From assembly GCA_030603365.1 (NCBI GenBank), contig JAUVXV010000001.1, positions 576,001 to 640,000 on the forward strand: a stretch of DNA of 64,000 nt, in the 5' to 3' direction. The translations under genes and the position numbers were made by a program. Positions 31,753 through 41,762 of this stretch are shown in pieces; positions within the stretch are counted from its first letter, which is position 1, and every line of letters begins with the position of its first letter. The notes under the pieces are model-generated. The model did not search any database and was not told the origin of the DNA. It saw only the letters and a list, made by a program, of their open reading frames with translations. Source of the DNA: Candidatus Heimdallarchaeota archaeon (lineage in GTDB: Archaea; Asgardarchaeota; Heimdallarchaeia; Heimdallarchaeales; Heimdallarchaeaceae).

Positions 31753-32940
31753 TCAAGATTTGAATAGATTATAGAAAGCTAAAATCGAATAAATAGCTGT
31801 TCCTTTCCACAATATTTCCTCATCTACATCGAATTTTGGATGATGGTGGGGGTGAATTATACCTTTTTCTTCATTATACAGCCCAAGAGCTATGAATGCT
31901 CCTTTTGTTTTATTCAAATAGAAAGCAAAATCTTCTCCACCCATAGTAAGTTCAGCTTCTTTTACCTCATCAAGAGGTTTTAGGATCTCAATTAAATCTT
32001 CCACACTGTCAGCATGGTTTATTGTGGGGGGATAATATATGCCACCAATCTCATACTCAATCATTCCTTCACATCGCCAAGCATGACTATATCCCTCAAC
32101 AATCTCTCTCATTCTTTTTAGGATATGATCTCGAATATCATTGCTGAAAGTTCTGAATGTTCCTTGCATTTTTGCAATGCTTGGAATAATGTTGTGGGCG
32201 TCACTACCTTCTACCATAGGTATAGAAATAACAGCTTTCTCAAGTGGGTCTATTTCTCTACTTACAATTTTCTGAATGGCGTTATAGATGTCAACCAAAA
32301 CAGCTGTAGGATCGAAAGTTTGATGGGGGCTTGCTGCATGTCCTCCCTTGCCTTTAATTTCAATTTTAAATTGATCTGCTGAGGCTAGAAACGGTCCTTT
32401 TCTTGTTGCAATTGTTCCACTAGCTCCTTCTCTCCAAACATGAATACCGAAAATCTGGTCAACATCATCAATATGACCTTCTTCAACGATTAATTTTGCT
32501 CCTCCACCTCCTTCTTCAGCTGGTTGGAAGATAAGCTTGATTTTGCCTTCAAGTTTGTCTTTATGTTTAAAGATGATATGAGCTGCGGTTAACAACATAG
32601 CTGTATGAGCATCATGACCACATGCATGCATTTTTCCTGGGATTTTACTACAATATGGTTTGTCATTGTCTTCTGTAACATTGAGTGCATCTATATCAGC
32701 TCGAAGAGCTATGGTTTTTCCTTCCTTCCCAGAGTCTAAGATTGCAATCAACCCAGTTTTAGCAGTTTTGATGACATTATAACCTATCTTAATTAATTCT
32801 TCTTCAATAAAAGCAGAGGTTTTAACTTCCTCAAATCCAGTTTCAGGATACATATGGAAGTGTCTTCGTTTTTCTATTACATATTCTTCCATTTCTTTAG
32901 CTTCACTAATTAATACCTGTTTGAATTCATTCATGTCCAT
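31753..32940 (-). CDS. M20D amidohydrolase / carboxypeptidase
   Basis: RADIDAL, MHACGHDAH, FQPAEEG, GGHAA, GGEDF, HHHPKF. Confidence 0.93.
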   Translation of the reverse strand: MDMNEFKQVLISEAKEMEEYVIEKRRHFHMYPETGFEEVKTSAFIEEELIKIGYNVIKTAKTGLIAILDSGKEGKTIALRADIDALNVTEDNDKPYCSKIPGKMHACGHDAHTAMLLTAAHIIFKHKDKLEGKIKLIFQPAEEGGGGAKLIVEEGHIDDVDQIFGIHVWREGASGTIATRKGPFLASADQFKIEIKGKGGHAASPHQTFDPTAVLVDIYNAIQKIVSREIDPLEKAVISIPMVEGSDAHNIIPSIAKMQGTFRTFSNDIRDHILKRMREIVEGYSHAWRCEGMIEYEIGGIYYPPTINHADSVEDLIEILKPLDEVKEAELTMGGEDFAFYLNKTKGAFIALGLYNEEKGIIHPHHHPKFDVDEEILWKGTAIYSILAFYNLFKS

Positions 32941-33094
32941 AGGGTCTTTGAAATTCCTCGCTATTTTTACTTTTCTCTAATACGATAAACTCTCAAGAGA
33001 TAATTTGGGTTTTGTGAAATTACATTTCTGTCAATCTGGAAGATAAAGTGGATAAAAACTTAAAATGAATACATAGAGTAGCGATTTTGTATTT

Positions 33095-34411
33095 GTGGAG
33101 GAACTTAAAATGAATAATATAGAATACGATGTTATAGTCGTTGGAGCAGGATGTGCAGGTCCAGCAGCAGCCAAGAAAGCTGCAGAATTGGGATTGAAAG
33201 TATTATTACTGGAAAAATCTCAAGTTCCTGGAGAAAAGAATGTATCAGGAACATGCTTGAATGGTGCTGCAATTTTAGACCCAGACTTGCATTACATAGT
33301 TGAATGTCCTGTTGAACGAACTATTAGAGAAATGCGAACCTATCATATCAATGAAGACAGAACAACAGTCTTTCATGAAATACCATCAGAAGGAATATTG
33401 TTACTGTCAGTAAGAAGAGATCATCTTGACACTTGGCATACTGAAGAAGCCAAGAAAGCAGGTGCTGAAGTTAAACTCTCAACAACTGTTGTTGATATAA
33501 TTGAAGAAGATGATTATATTAAAGGAGTAATTACTGATTCTGGTGAGAAATACTTTGGAAAGGTAATAATTGATGCAGCTGGAGTGAATTCTATTGTTGG
33601 TCGAAAAGCAAGATTAATTCCTAAACGTAAAGGAACCAACATGATTCTTTATGTTACTGTGGCAGTCAAATTAGGTGAAGAGGTTATTAGTGAACGATTT
33701 GGAGATTGTATAGAATATTATCTGTCTCCTGGTATTCAATATAAAACCTGGCCTTGGATTTTTCCTAAGAAAGATACAGTAACTGTTGGAACTGGTGGTT
33801 ATATGGATGAAAATCTAATAACTGATGAATTTCCAAATGTAAATAAATATATGGAAAACTTCCTGAATCTCCCTGTAGTAAAGAAAAAACTTGAAGGAGG
33901 AGAGATTGTTTCTTGGGGTTTGCATCTTGAATATGATGAAGCCATTGAGAAAAGAGTAAGAAACGGTTTAATTCTCACTGGAGAAGCAGGTGGATTTGTA
34001 ATTCCTTTCCTAGGTGAAGGTATGCCTGAAGCTTTCTTTACTGGAATATATGCTGCCATATCTGCTGCTGAAGCAATTGCAGCTGGCGACTGTTCAGAAA
34101 CAAAACTATCTGAGAAGTATGAAGAATTAATCGGTGATAACTTCTTTATGCAAGCGTTTAGGCACATTGCAGCTGTAAACAAAGAATCAATTTTATCTAA
34201 AACTGATGAAGAAATAACTCAAATGATGCAACAAGTGATTATGGGCGGTGGTTTCATCTCTAACGCTATTCATACAAAATGGCTAAAGGGTGTAGAAGAA
34301 GAAAATATGGAATTGCTTCAAGAAGCTTATGATTTCCTAGAACTGATTCAACCTTATGCTACTGTAGATCCTGATTTCGAAAATCTCTATAAAGAGAGGG
34401 GAAGAAAATGA
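33095..34411 (+). CDS. FAD-dependent oxidoreductase, FixC/geranylgeranyl-reductase family
   Basis: VVGAGCAG, PGEKNVSG, WIFPK, LTGEAGG...GEGM. Confidence 0.85.
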   Translation: MEELKMNNIEYDVIVVGAGCAGPAAAKKAAELGLKVLLLEKSQVPGEKNVSGTCLNGAAILDPDLHYIVECPVERTIREMRTYHINEDRTTVFHEIPSEGILLLSVRRDHLDTWHTEEAKKAGAEVKLSTTVVDIIEEDDYIKGVITDSGEKYFGKVIIDAAGVNSIVGRKARLIPKRKGTNMILYVTVAVKLGEEVISERFGDCIEYYLSPGIQYKTWPWIFPKKDTVTVGTGGYMDENLITDEFPNVNKYMENFLNLPVVKKKLEGGEIVSWGLHLEYDEAIEKRVRNGLILTGEAGGFVIPFLGEGMPEAFFTGIYAAISAAEAIAAGDCSETKLSEKYEELIGDNFFMQAFRHIAAVNKESILSKTDEEITQMMQQVIMGGGFISNAIHTKWLKGVEEENMELLQEAYDFLELIQPYATVDPDFENLYKERGRK

Positions 34412-34668
34412 AGGTAGATATGAAAGTAGATTATTACCCTGGAGAGACAGGGGAGTTCATCAAAGTTGATGAAAGCAAATGTGTTGGTTGTGGTGATTGT
34501 GCAAAATTCTGTACAAGAGATGTCTGGGAACAAGATGGAGCAATTTATCGACCAGTCAACCTTAAACAGTGTGTAGAATGTGGCGCATGTTGGAATGTTT
34601 GTGACTACGATGCAGTCCTCTTCAGTGAACCTAAAGGTGGTACTGGAGTTCGTTTCAGCTATGGTTAA
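34408..34668 (+). CDS. Ferredoxin (FixX-like, 2x[4Fe-4S])
   Basis: CVGCGDCAKFC and CVECGACWNVC; C-terminal PKGGTGVRFSYG typical of FixX. Confidence 0.88.
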   Translation: MKVDMKVDYYPGETGEFIKVDESKCVGCGDCAKFCTRDVWEQDGAIYRPVNLKQCVECGACWNVCDYDAVLFSEPKGGTGVRFSYG

Positions 34669-34674
34669 GAAAAG

Positions 34675-35025
34675 GTGAAAAGAATGGTAAATATGGATGA
34701 AGTATTGGAAACACTTGAAAAACAAAAAGACAAATACACTCACGAGAGTGTTGCAAAACACTTCAAAACTTGGAACAAGAAGCTACAATATCATTTTACT
34801 GATATTGACGAATACTATGTTATAGAGTTGGTTAATGGAGAACCTCAAACAATAGTGAAAGAGAAATTAGAAAATCCAGATATTATGTACTCTATGAGTA
34901 CTGATATTTTTCTTAAGCTAAATAGACGTGAAATTAGTGGCTTTAAAGCGTATCAAAGAAAAGAGTTGAAAATTAAAGCTACAATGGCTGAAACGATGAA
35001 GCTTCAGAAGTTAGATAAACTCTAG
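34675..35025 (+). CDS. SCP2 sterol/lipid-binding domain protein
   Basis: PDI...MSTDIF..L....SGFKAY..KELKIKA pattern of SCP2. Confidence 0.7.
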   Translation: MKRMVNMDEVLETLEKQKDKYTHESVAKHFKTWNKKLQYHFTDIDEYYVIELVNGEPQTIVKEKLENPDIMYSMSTDIFLKLNRREISGFKAYQRKELKIKATMAETMKLQKLDKL

Positions 35026-35092
35026 TTTTTTTTTTTTTCCTTTTCTTTTTTGCGGAATAATCTTTTTATATCACTTAAAAGATAGTTCTAGT

Positions 35093-38000
35093 TTGATGTC
35101 CTCAAAAGATAAAGATATGTTCTTACTAAGAAAAATGAGGGAGTTAGAGGACAAATTAGATCTCTTAGATGAGAAAATGCTATTTCTATTCCAAAAGGTG
35201 AATACACTAACGAAGGCATTAGACGCAACGACTCCAGAAGAACCAGTTAGACCTGAACCTGTGATTAAAGAAGAACTAGTTGTAGAAGAAGAGATTCCTT
35301 TGGAAGATAAATTAGTTGAACCTGTACTTGAAGAACCTGTTCCAATGAGAGAACAAACAGAGGTTGTTGAAGCACAAGCAGTAGCACCAGCAATAGTAAA
35401 AGAATACTCAAAAAAGGTAATTAGAGAAGAACCAGCACCAGTTGAAAGGGTCTTTGAGAAACCTCCAAAAGAACCCTTGAAAATTGTTGAATTTGTCAAG
35501 AATGAAGAGAATCTTCCTTATTTCTTGCTGTTTGCATTCTTTATTCTCTTGGCAGCTCTCGTTTATGGAACTATTTCACAAATCATCAATCTACCTTTCT
35601 TCACTCCTATGAATGCTTTCTTGATTATAGGTCTTACAGCATGTCTATTTGCAATTCTAGGTTTTGTCTGGAAAATCTATTTAGATAGAAGACAAAAAAA
35701 GTTTCCAGACAAAAAAGAGCGAATACAAAATTACTATGTTTTTCCTTGGAGTTTACTAGGAATTGGGACTGCTGGGATCTTCTTATCATTTATACTATCG
35801 CAAACTGTAATTGAAGGAGAACTTAGTACAATAATTGTTTTACCAGTAGCTGTTGTAGCAGCACTAGTTACCTTAGTTATTGCAATACTTTTCAAGAATG
35901 AAATACTGGTTGGAGAAGCAGCACTTTCAATAGTACTTATCTTAATCGTACCTATATTTACAGATGAAACATTTTTAAATCCTTCATATGGAGGATATCT
36001 GTATTTCGGTTTTTTCTTTGTATTTATAGCAGCTTCATATGTTCTTGCGAAACTTAAAATTACTGTAGCTCCTGCTTTAGTTTCGATAGTATCATTCCCT
36101 GTTTTCGCATTTATTCCAACAATTTATCAAACAATGCACTTGGAAACACTCCTTGTGATCATACCATCATGTTTAGTTGCAACATTACTTTTAGAAAATG
36201 CATTTGATCATTTCGAAGTTTATAAAAATAGAGTAATGAAAACAGTGGTTACAATTGTTAACATAGTACTTCCCTTATGTAGTTACTTTTTCCTGCTATT
36301 TATAAGAAATGAAGCAGAAATTCCTTCTTGGGAAATTCTCATTTCAACAATGTTTTTGGTTGTAACATATTTTCTTACAATCAAGAAAGTATTATCATCA
36401 CGGTTCGATGAATATGAGATTAGAAATCCAAATCTCATTGAGTTTCTTTATGTAGTACTCATAAATACCGCGATTTTTCTGTCGTTGGTTTCAGAGCTTA
36501 TTTTAGGTGATCTAAGTTTGGCATCGACTTATGTCTTTGTTGGACTATATTTTGTACTACAGATCGTTTTCTCAATACTTACTATGACTTGGAGAGTAGA
36601 TAGAGAAGCAACATCATTCTTCCATAGTATAGTCTCTATGTTATTTGTTGAAGGTATCTTCATTATGTTCTTCACAAATGTTGGTAATGTAGTGACTATA
36701 AACCTTGGATATGAAATAGTGCTTTCAGTCAGTCTAGCATTTCTATACATAGCTCCCCTAATCAATATCTTCGTATTAAGAAAGCAAGAGCATGTTCTCT
36801 CTTCAGCGTTTAGTATTATATTACTTGGAGGAATTAACCTCTTTATTTTCAACTATCTTCCCAGATTTTTAGCTGTTGACTTAACAATTTCTAGATCTAT
36901 ATGTGAACTGTCAATCATACTTGTTTCAATTGCACTAGGTGTTATATCACTACTAGACACTTTAGAAAAGTTCAAGTTTGAAAAGCAAAAATCAAAAATT
37001 ACAACATCTCATATTCATGCCCTATCTATACTAACTCTTACAACAAGTTTATGGGTATTTAATACAAATGAGCCTCTAGACTATGTTATTGTATGTGGGA
37101 TATTTGTATCTGTTGCGCTTTGGATAGTTACCTCCTATCTAAGAAGGAAAATAGAGAAACACATCACAGAAGATTTACTAGGTTATCTTGCAGTATCATT
37201 GATATTCATTTCAGTAACAGGAGCAATGAGTAATACAGCGATTCCATTAGCAATTTTTACATCAATTTGTGCGACTGTTGCTTTAACAATAATACCACTT
37301 TTAGCAAAGAAATATACCCTCATTTTCGCGTTATTACTATATATTCCTCAGATAATTTCATTGTTTGCATTCCCTGGTGTTTCAACGATTTATGGAGTTG
37401 ATTGGTTACTTTCTATAGTATTCTTGATTCCAACTCTATCATTGGTAATCAAATCAATCAATAGTAAGGAATGGTTCGATAGAGTAGGAACAACAGTATT
37501 AATTACAGTAATGTTGGTTTTAACTGCTTTAAGTTTAGTTGGATCAGATTATGAGGTACTAACAGTAATAAATTCATTTGTTTTGATTTTCTATCCTATC
37601 ACTATATATGCTACAAATACCTGGTTTATTAAGAAAATATCAGCCTTAAATATTACAATAGAATATCCTATTGATCTTCTGATACTTACATTTGGAGCAA
37701 TATTTGCAAACATTTTTGTTTCAACTACTCCAGTAAACGATGTTCTAATCTTCATTTTCATAATGATAGGTTCTGTAGTTGGGCCTCTTCTATATGCGAT
37801 TAATCGATTCATAATTAAGGATACAGAAATAACTCCATTAATCTATAAACTTGTGAGTACTGGATTTATAGTTGCAATACAAATACTTCTTATTACATCA
37901 GGAGCAATGCAAATAATTTCTACGTATTATTACATTACTTTGCTATTAGCTACCACTTTAGTAGGATTATTAATTCAATACAAAGAGAAATTCGATTCTC

Positions 38001-39373
38001 TAACTGTTCTCCCTTCCTTAATTTCTATTATGATAATACCCATTTATACTGCCTTATACAATCCAGTAATTAGCTCTTGGTTTACTTTTTCCATATTCAT
38101 TATCTACTTAATTATCCTTTCATTAGGATGGTTTGGTTCCGAGTTTCCACCAATTACCTTATTGTCATATTTCGTAGGATGTCTTGCATTCATTCTTTCC
38201 ATTTTTGTTCCAAGTATGTCCTTCTTCATAGGGTTACCTGATTACTTCCCATTGCTACTCTTTACGATATGGATGATTGGAGTAATAATATCCATTGCTC
38301 TAATGAAGAGGAAGCCAGAGAAGAATATAGATTTCTTCCTTACATGGCTCTTTGTAATAACATTATCTACAATATGTGCTGATAGAATACTGAGAATTTC
38401 ACCATCAACTTTTCTAACAGATATACTAGGATTTACTTTAACAGCAATTCCTGCATGTTTTGTTTTCATAATATTTTCTTCTTACTTACAGTACAAAATG
38501 AAATATCCAAACAAAGGAATGATTACTCATATAATCGCTGTTCAAGCTCTGCTTATCTTCGTAGGCTCTTTCATTTTTGGTTTTCTACCTTTCCCAAGTA
38601 CTCCACAAACTGCCAAAATTCTTATTTATATATTCTTCAATGTTTTTACGGTAATAACCTTCATAGTACTTGAGTCACTTGTTATAGAATATACTCTAGT
38701 TAAAACAGATACACCAAAATCCGAATCTGTCAATATTATTCTATTCTTACCAATCTATGCTTTTTCATTAGCTATATCAATTTCCTACAACTACTATGGC
38801 TTTATTCCTCTTGTATTAGGTGTTGTCTTCTATGGTATGAGTCAGAGACATGGTATGAAAACTAGCTCTGTCTTAGCTGCTATTGCTGTTGCTACAAGTG
38901 CATTTTTCATAACACCTGCTGATCAAATATTAAGTTACACAACATTTGGAATTGTCAGTGGAGTGATGACAGCAATGCTTGTAATAGGTATTTTACTATA
39001 TCTCAGGACAAAAAATGAATTTCATATTGTAACAGCTGTATCAATTGCTTTGATTGCAGAAACCATAATAAGTTTCATCTCACCAATGGTTTTACCACTA
39101 CAATTTGGACTAGCGTTTAATCTAGCTCTTCTAGGATTACTACTTGGAGTAATATTCTCTGTAAGAGAGTTTCGAATTATTTTCTCTGTTGCTTCAGGAC
39201 TAATACTTATTCCCTACCTAGTAATTACATTTATTCAACAGGAAGAAGCTGGTCTGTTAGCCCTACTTTTCTTAGTTACAGGAATAATTTTCATTCTAAC
39301 ATCGTACATGGTTTACAATAGACAAAGAGTTAAACTCAAAGAGAGTTTAGAAAATAGCCAAGAAACTAAATAA
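35093..39373 (+). CDS. Very large polytopic membrane protein (DUF2339-like architecture)
   Basis: N-terminal coiled coil, E/P-rich linker, then more than 30 predicted TM segments. Confidence 0.6.
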   Translation: MMSSKDKDMFLLRKMRELEDKLDLLDEKMLFLFQKVNTLTKALDATTPEEPVRPEPVIKEELVVEEEIPLEDKLVEPVLEEPVPMREQTEVVEAQAVAPAIVKEYSKKVIREEPAPVERVFEKPPKEPLKIVEFVKNEENLPYFLLFAFFILLAALVYGTISQIINLPFFTPMNAFLIIGLTACLFAILGFVWKIYLDRRQKKFPDKKERIQNYYVFPWSLLGIGTAGIFLSFILSQTVIEGELSTIIVLPVAVVAALVTLVIAILFKNEILVGEAALSIVLILIVPIFTDETFLNPSYGGYLYFGFFFVFIAASYVLAKLKITVAPALVSIVSFPVFAFIPTIYQTMHLETLLVIIPSCLVATLLLENAFDHFEVYKNRVMKTVVTIVNIVLPLCSYFFLLFIRNEAEIPSWEILISTMFLVVTYFLTIKKVLSSRFDEYEIRNPNLIEFLYVVLINTAIFLSLVSELILGDLSLASTYVFVGLYFVLQIVFSILTMTWRVDREATSFFHSIVSMLFVEGIFIMFFTNVGNVVTINLGYEIVLSVSLAFLYIAPLINIFVLRKQEHVLSSAFSIILLGGINLFIFNYLPRFLAVDLTISRSICELSIILVSIALGVISLLDTLEKFKFEKQKSKITTSHIHALSILTLTTSLWVFNTNEPLDYVIVCGIFVSVALWIVTSYLRRKIEKHITEDLLGYLAVSLIFISVTGAMSNTAIPLAIFTSICATVALTIIPLLAKKYTLIFALLLYIPQIISLFAFPGVSTIYGVDWLLSIVFLIPTLSLVIKSINSKEWFDRVGTTVLITVMLVLTALSLVGSDYEVLTVINSFVLIFYPITIYATNTWFIKKISALNITIEYPIDLLILTFGAIFANIFVSTTPVNDVLIFIFIMIGSVVGPLLYAINRFIIKDTEITPLIYKLVSTGFIVAIQILLITSGAMQIISTYYYITLLLATTLVGLLIQYKEKFDSLTVLPSLISIMIIPIYTALYNPVISSWFTFSIFIIYLIILSLGWFGSEFPPITLLSYFVGCLAFILSIFVPSMSFFIGLPDYFPLLLFTIWMIGVIISIALMKRKPEKNIDFFLTWLFVITLSTICADRILRISPSTFLTDILGFTLTAIPACFVFIIFSSYLQYKMKYPNKGMITHIIAVQALLIFVGSFIFGFLPFPSTPQTAKILIYIFFNVFTVITFIVLESLVIEYTLVKTDTPKSESVNIILFLPIYAFSLAISISYNYYGFIPLVLGVVFYGMSQRHGMKTSSVLAAIAVATSAFFITPADQILSYTTFGIVSGVMTAMLVIGILLYLRTKNEFHIVTAVSIALIAETIISFISPMVLPLQFGLAFNLALLGLLLGVIFSVREFRIIFSVASGLILIPYLVITFIQQEEAGLLALLFLVTGIIFILTSYMVYNRQRVKLKESLENSQETK

Positions 39374-39477
39374 ACCATAAAAACCATTCTTTCCTTTTTT
39401 TTCATTGTTAGAATCAGATGATGTTTTGATTTATGATAACTCTTAATAATCTATCTGGGATTTTAAAAATGTGAATA

Positions 39478-41721
39478 ATGTCTGAAATGAGAGGAGTAGT
39501 TAAAGGAATGGACTGTGCCAATTGTGTGGCTAAAGTCAAAAAGAATATAATGAACTTACCTGGTATTGAAGATGTAAAAATTAATCTTGTTTCAACAAAA
39601 TTAATAGTTGAATATAAAGAAGAAGAAACTTCAGAAAAAGACATCATCAAAGCGATTAGGCGAAGTGGATATGGGTTTGATAGTTCATATGAACGCAAAT
39701 CTTTCTTCAATTTAAAATATAACAAGAATTTAGTATTCTTCATATTAAGTGCTATATTTCTGATTATCGCATTATGTTTTGACTATCTAAGAATTGATCA
39801 CTTTCATCCTTTGTTCTATCTACCGATTATCATCATAGGCGGAATACCAATTTATCTGAAAGCATTTGCATCAATTAGAGCAAAAACTATTGATATTGAT
39901 ATCCTCATGGTTATAGCTGTTATTGGTGCCATGATTATTGGATTCTGGGAAGAAGCAGGAGAGATAATAGTACTATTTACTCTAGCAGAACTACTTGAAG
40001 CTTTTTCAATGGATAAGGCAAGAGAATCTATTCGCGCATTAATGGATTTAACTCCTCCTACAGCAACAAGATTACTCAAAGGAAGAAAACATGAAGATGT
40101 TCCACTCGAAGATTTAGTTGTTGGTGATAGAGTTAGTATAAAGCCTGGAGGAAGAGTTCCAATTGATGGTAAAGTTGACTGGGGAAAAACAACCGTAGAT
40201 CAAAGTCCGATAACTGGTGAATCTCTCCCTGTTCATAAGGATGTTGGCGATCAAGTTTTCTCAGGGTCAATCAACCTGGATGGTTACATCATCATTCGTG
40301 TAACAAGTATGCCAGAAGAAAGCACTGTAGCACGAATAAGAAAACTCATTGAAGAAGCTGAACAACAAAAATCAAAACGAGAACAATTCATTCAGAAATT
40401 TGCAAAATATTATACTCCAACAATGGTTGGTATTGCTTTGTTTGTTTTTCTTATCCCAGGTGTTATAATCAATTTCATAAACTCTGCGAATTTGGTAAAT
40501 CCAATATTTAATCTAGGATTACTTCAAGATTCAATCTATTATGGGGTTAATTCAGTTTTTAACTTGGCTATACTGCAGGAATCACTCTATTATAGTATAA
40601 TAATTCTGGTAATTTCTTGTCCATGTGCACTGGTTCTTTCTACACCAATCACTGTAGTTACAGCGATAACACGTGCTTCAAAGAGAGGAGTATTAATTAA
40701 GGGAGGAAAATATCTTGAAGCAATATCAGACATAAAAACAATAGCTATGGATAAAACTGGAACCCTATCAACAGGTAAGCTCAAAGTCTATAAAGTTGAA
40801 GCACTAGAAGGTTTTTCTGAAAAAGACATTATTGAGATAGCCTATAGTCTAGAATCTCATTCGGAACACAAAATAGCAGAATCCATAATAGAGCTGGGTA
40901 AAAAGGAGAATGTGAGGCTTCTTGGTTTTAAAGATGTTAAGATTATTCCAGGAATGGGGATACAAGGAACTCGAAAAAAGCAGACATTCTATATTGGAAA
41001 TGAAGCACTAATTGATGATGTAGTAGGCTTAGAATATTGTGATATAGATTGTGAAGAAAGTGAAAGTATAGTGAGTTATGTACTAGCAGACAAAAAAGTA
41101 ATTGCACATATACATATGTCAGATGAATTGAGAAGTGAAACAAAAGACTCAATTCAGGAACTAAAGAAATTAGGTGTAAAGGAAATTATCATGCTTACAG
41201 GGGATAACAAGGAAGTTGCTACAAAAATAGCTGCAGAGCTAGATATATCCTTTGAAGCAGAGTTATTGCCAGAACAAAAAATGCAATACATCCAGAAATT
41301 AAAAGATAATAATCAATCAGTAGTTATGATTGGGGATGGGATAAATGATGCTCCAGCTCTTACTTTGGCCGATGTAGGGGTAGCTATGGGTGCTGCAGGA
41401 ACGGCAATTGCTATAGAAACTGCTGATATCGTTCTGTCTTCAGACAATCTTTTCAGCATTCCTTATCTGTTTAAGCTCAGCAAAGATACAAAAAGAACAA
41501 TTCAGATCAATATCGCTATATCCCTTTTCATCAAATTTGTATTTTTCAGTTTGGTGTTCTTAAGTGTGACATTCCAAAGTCTAGCAGATTTTTTTGGTAA
41601 TTCATTGTTGTGGCTCTCTGTTCTCGTTGGCGACATGGGTGCATCTCTATTAGTCATCCTAAATGCTATGTTGGTAGGAAGGAAAAACTATCCGAAGAAA
41701 TACGAATTGCCAAAGAAGTAA
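39478..41721 (+). CDS. Heavy-metal P1B-type ATPase (Zn/Cd/Pb-like)
   Basis: GMDCANC HMA domain, TGES, CPC, DKTGT, GDGINDAPAL, DMGASLLVILN. Confidence 0.93.
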   Translation: MSEMRGVVKGMDCANCVAKVKKNIMNLPGIEDVKINLVSTKLIVEYKEEETSEKDIIKAIRRSGYGFDSSYERKSFFNLKYNKNLVFFILSAIFLIIALCFDYLRIDHFHPLFYLPIIIIGGIPIYLKAFASIRAKTIDIDILMVIAVIGAMIIGFWEEAGEIIVLFTLAELLEAFSMDKARESIRALMDLTPPTATRLLKGRKHEDVPLEDLVVGDRVSIKPGGRVPIDGKVDWGKTTVDQSPITGESLPVHKDVGDQVFSGSINLDGYIIIRVTSMPEESTVARIRKLIEEAEQQKSKREQFIQKFAKYYTPTMVGIALFVFLIPGVIINFINSANLVNPIFNLGLLQDSIYYGVNSVFNLAILQESLYYSIIILVISCPCALVLSTPITVVTAITRASKRGVLIKGGKYLEAISDIKTIAMDKTGTLSTGKLKVYKVEALEGFSEKDIIEIAYSLESHSEHKIAESIIELGKKENVRLLGFKDVKIIPGMGIQGTRKKQTFYIGNEALIDDVVGLEYCDIDCEESESIVSYVLADKKVIAHIHMSDELRSETKDSIQELKKLGVKEIIMLTGDNKEVATKIAAELDISFEAELLPEQKMQYIQKLKDNNQSVVMIGDGINDAPALTLADVGVAMGAAGTAIAIETADIVLSSDNLFSIPYLFKLSKDTKRTIQINIAISLFIKFVFFSLVFLSVTFQSLADFFGNSLLWLSVLVGDMGASLLVILNAMLVGRKNYPKKYELPKK

Positions 41722-41762
41722 GTTAATAAACATTTTTACTAAAATAAGAATGGTAAGTAGCA

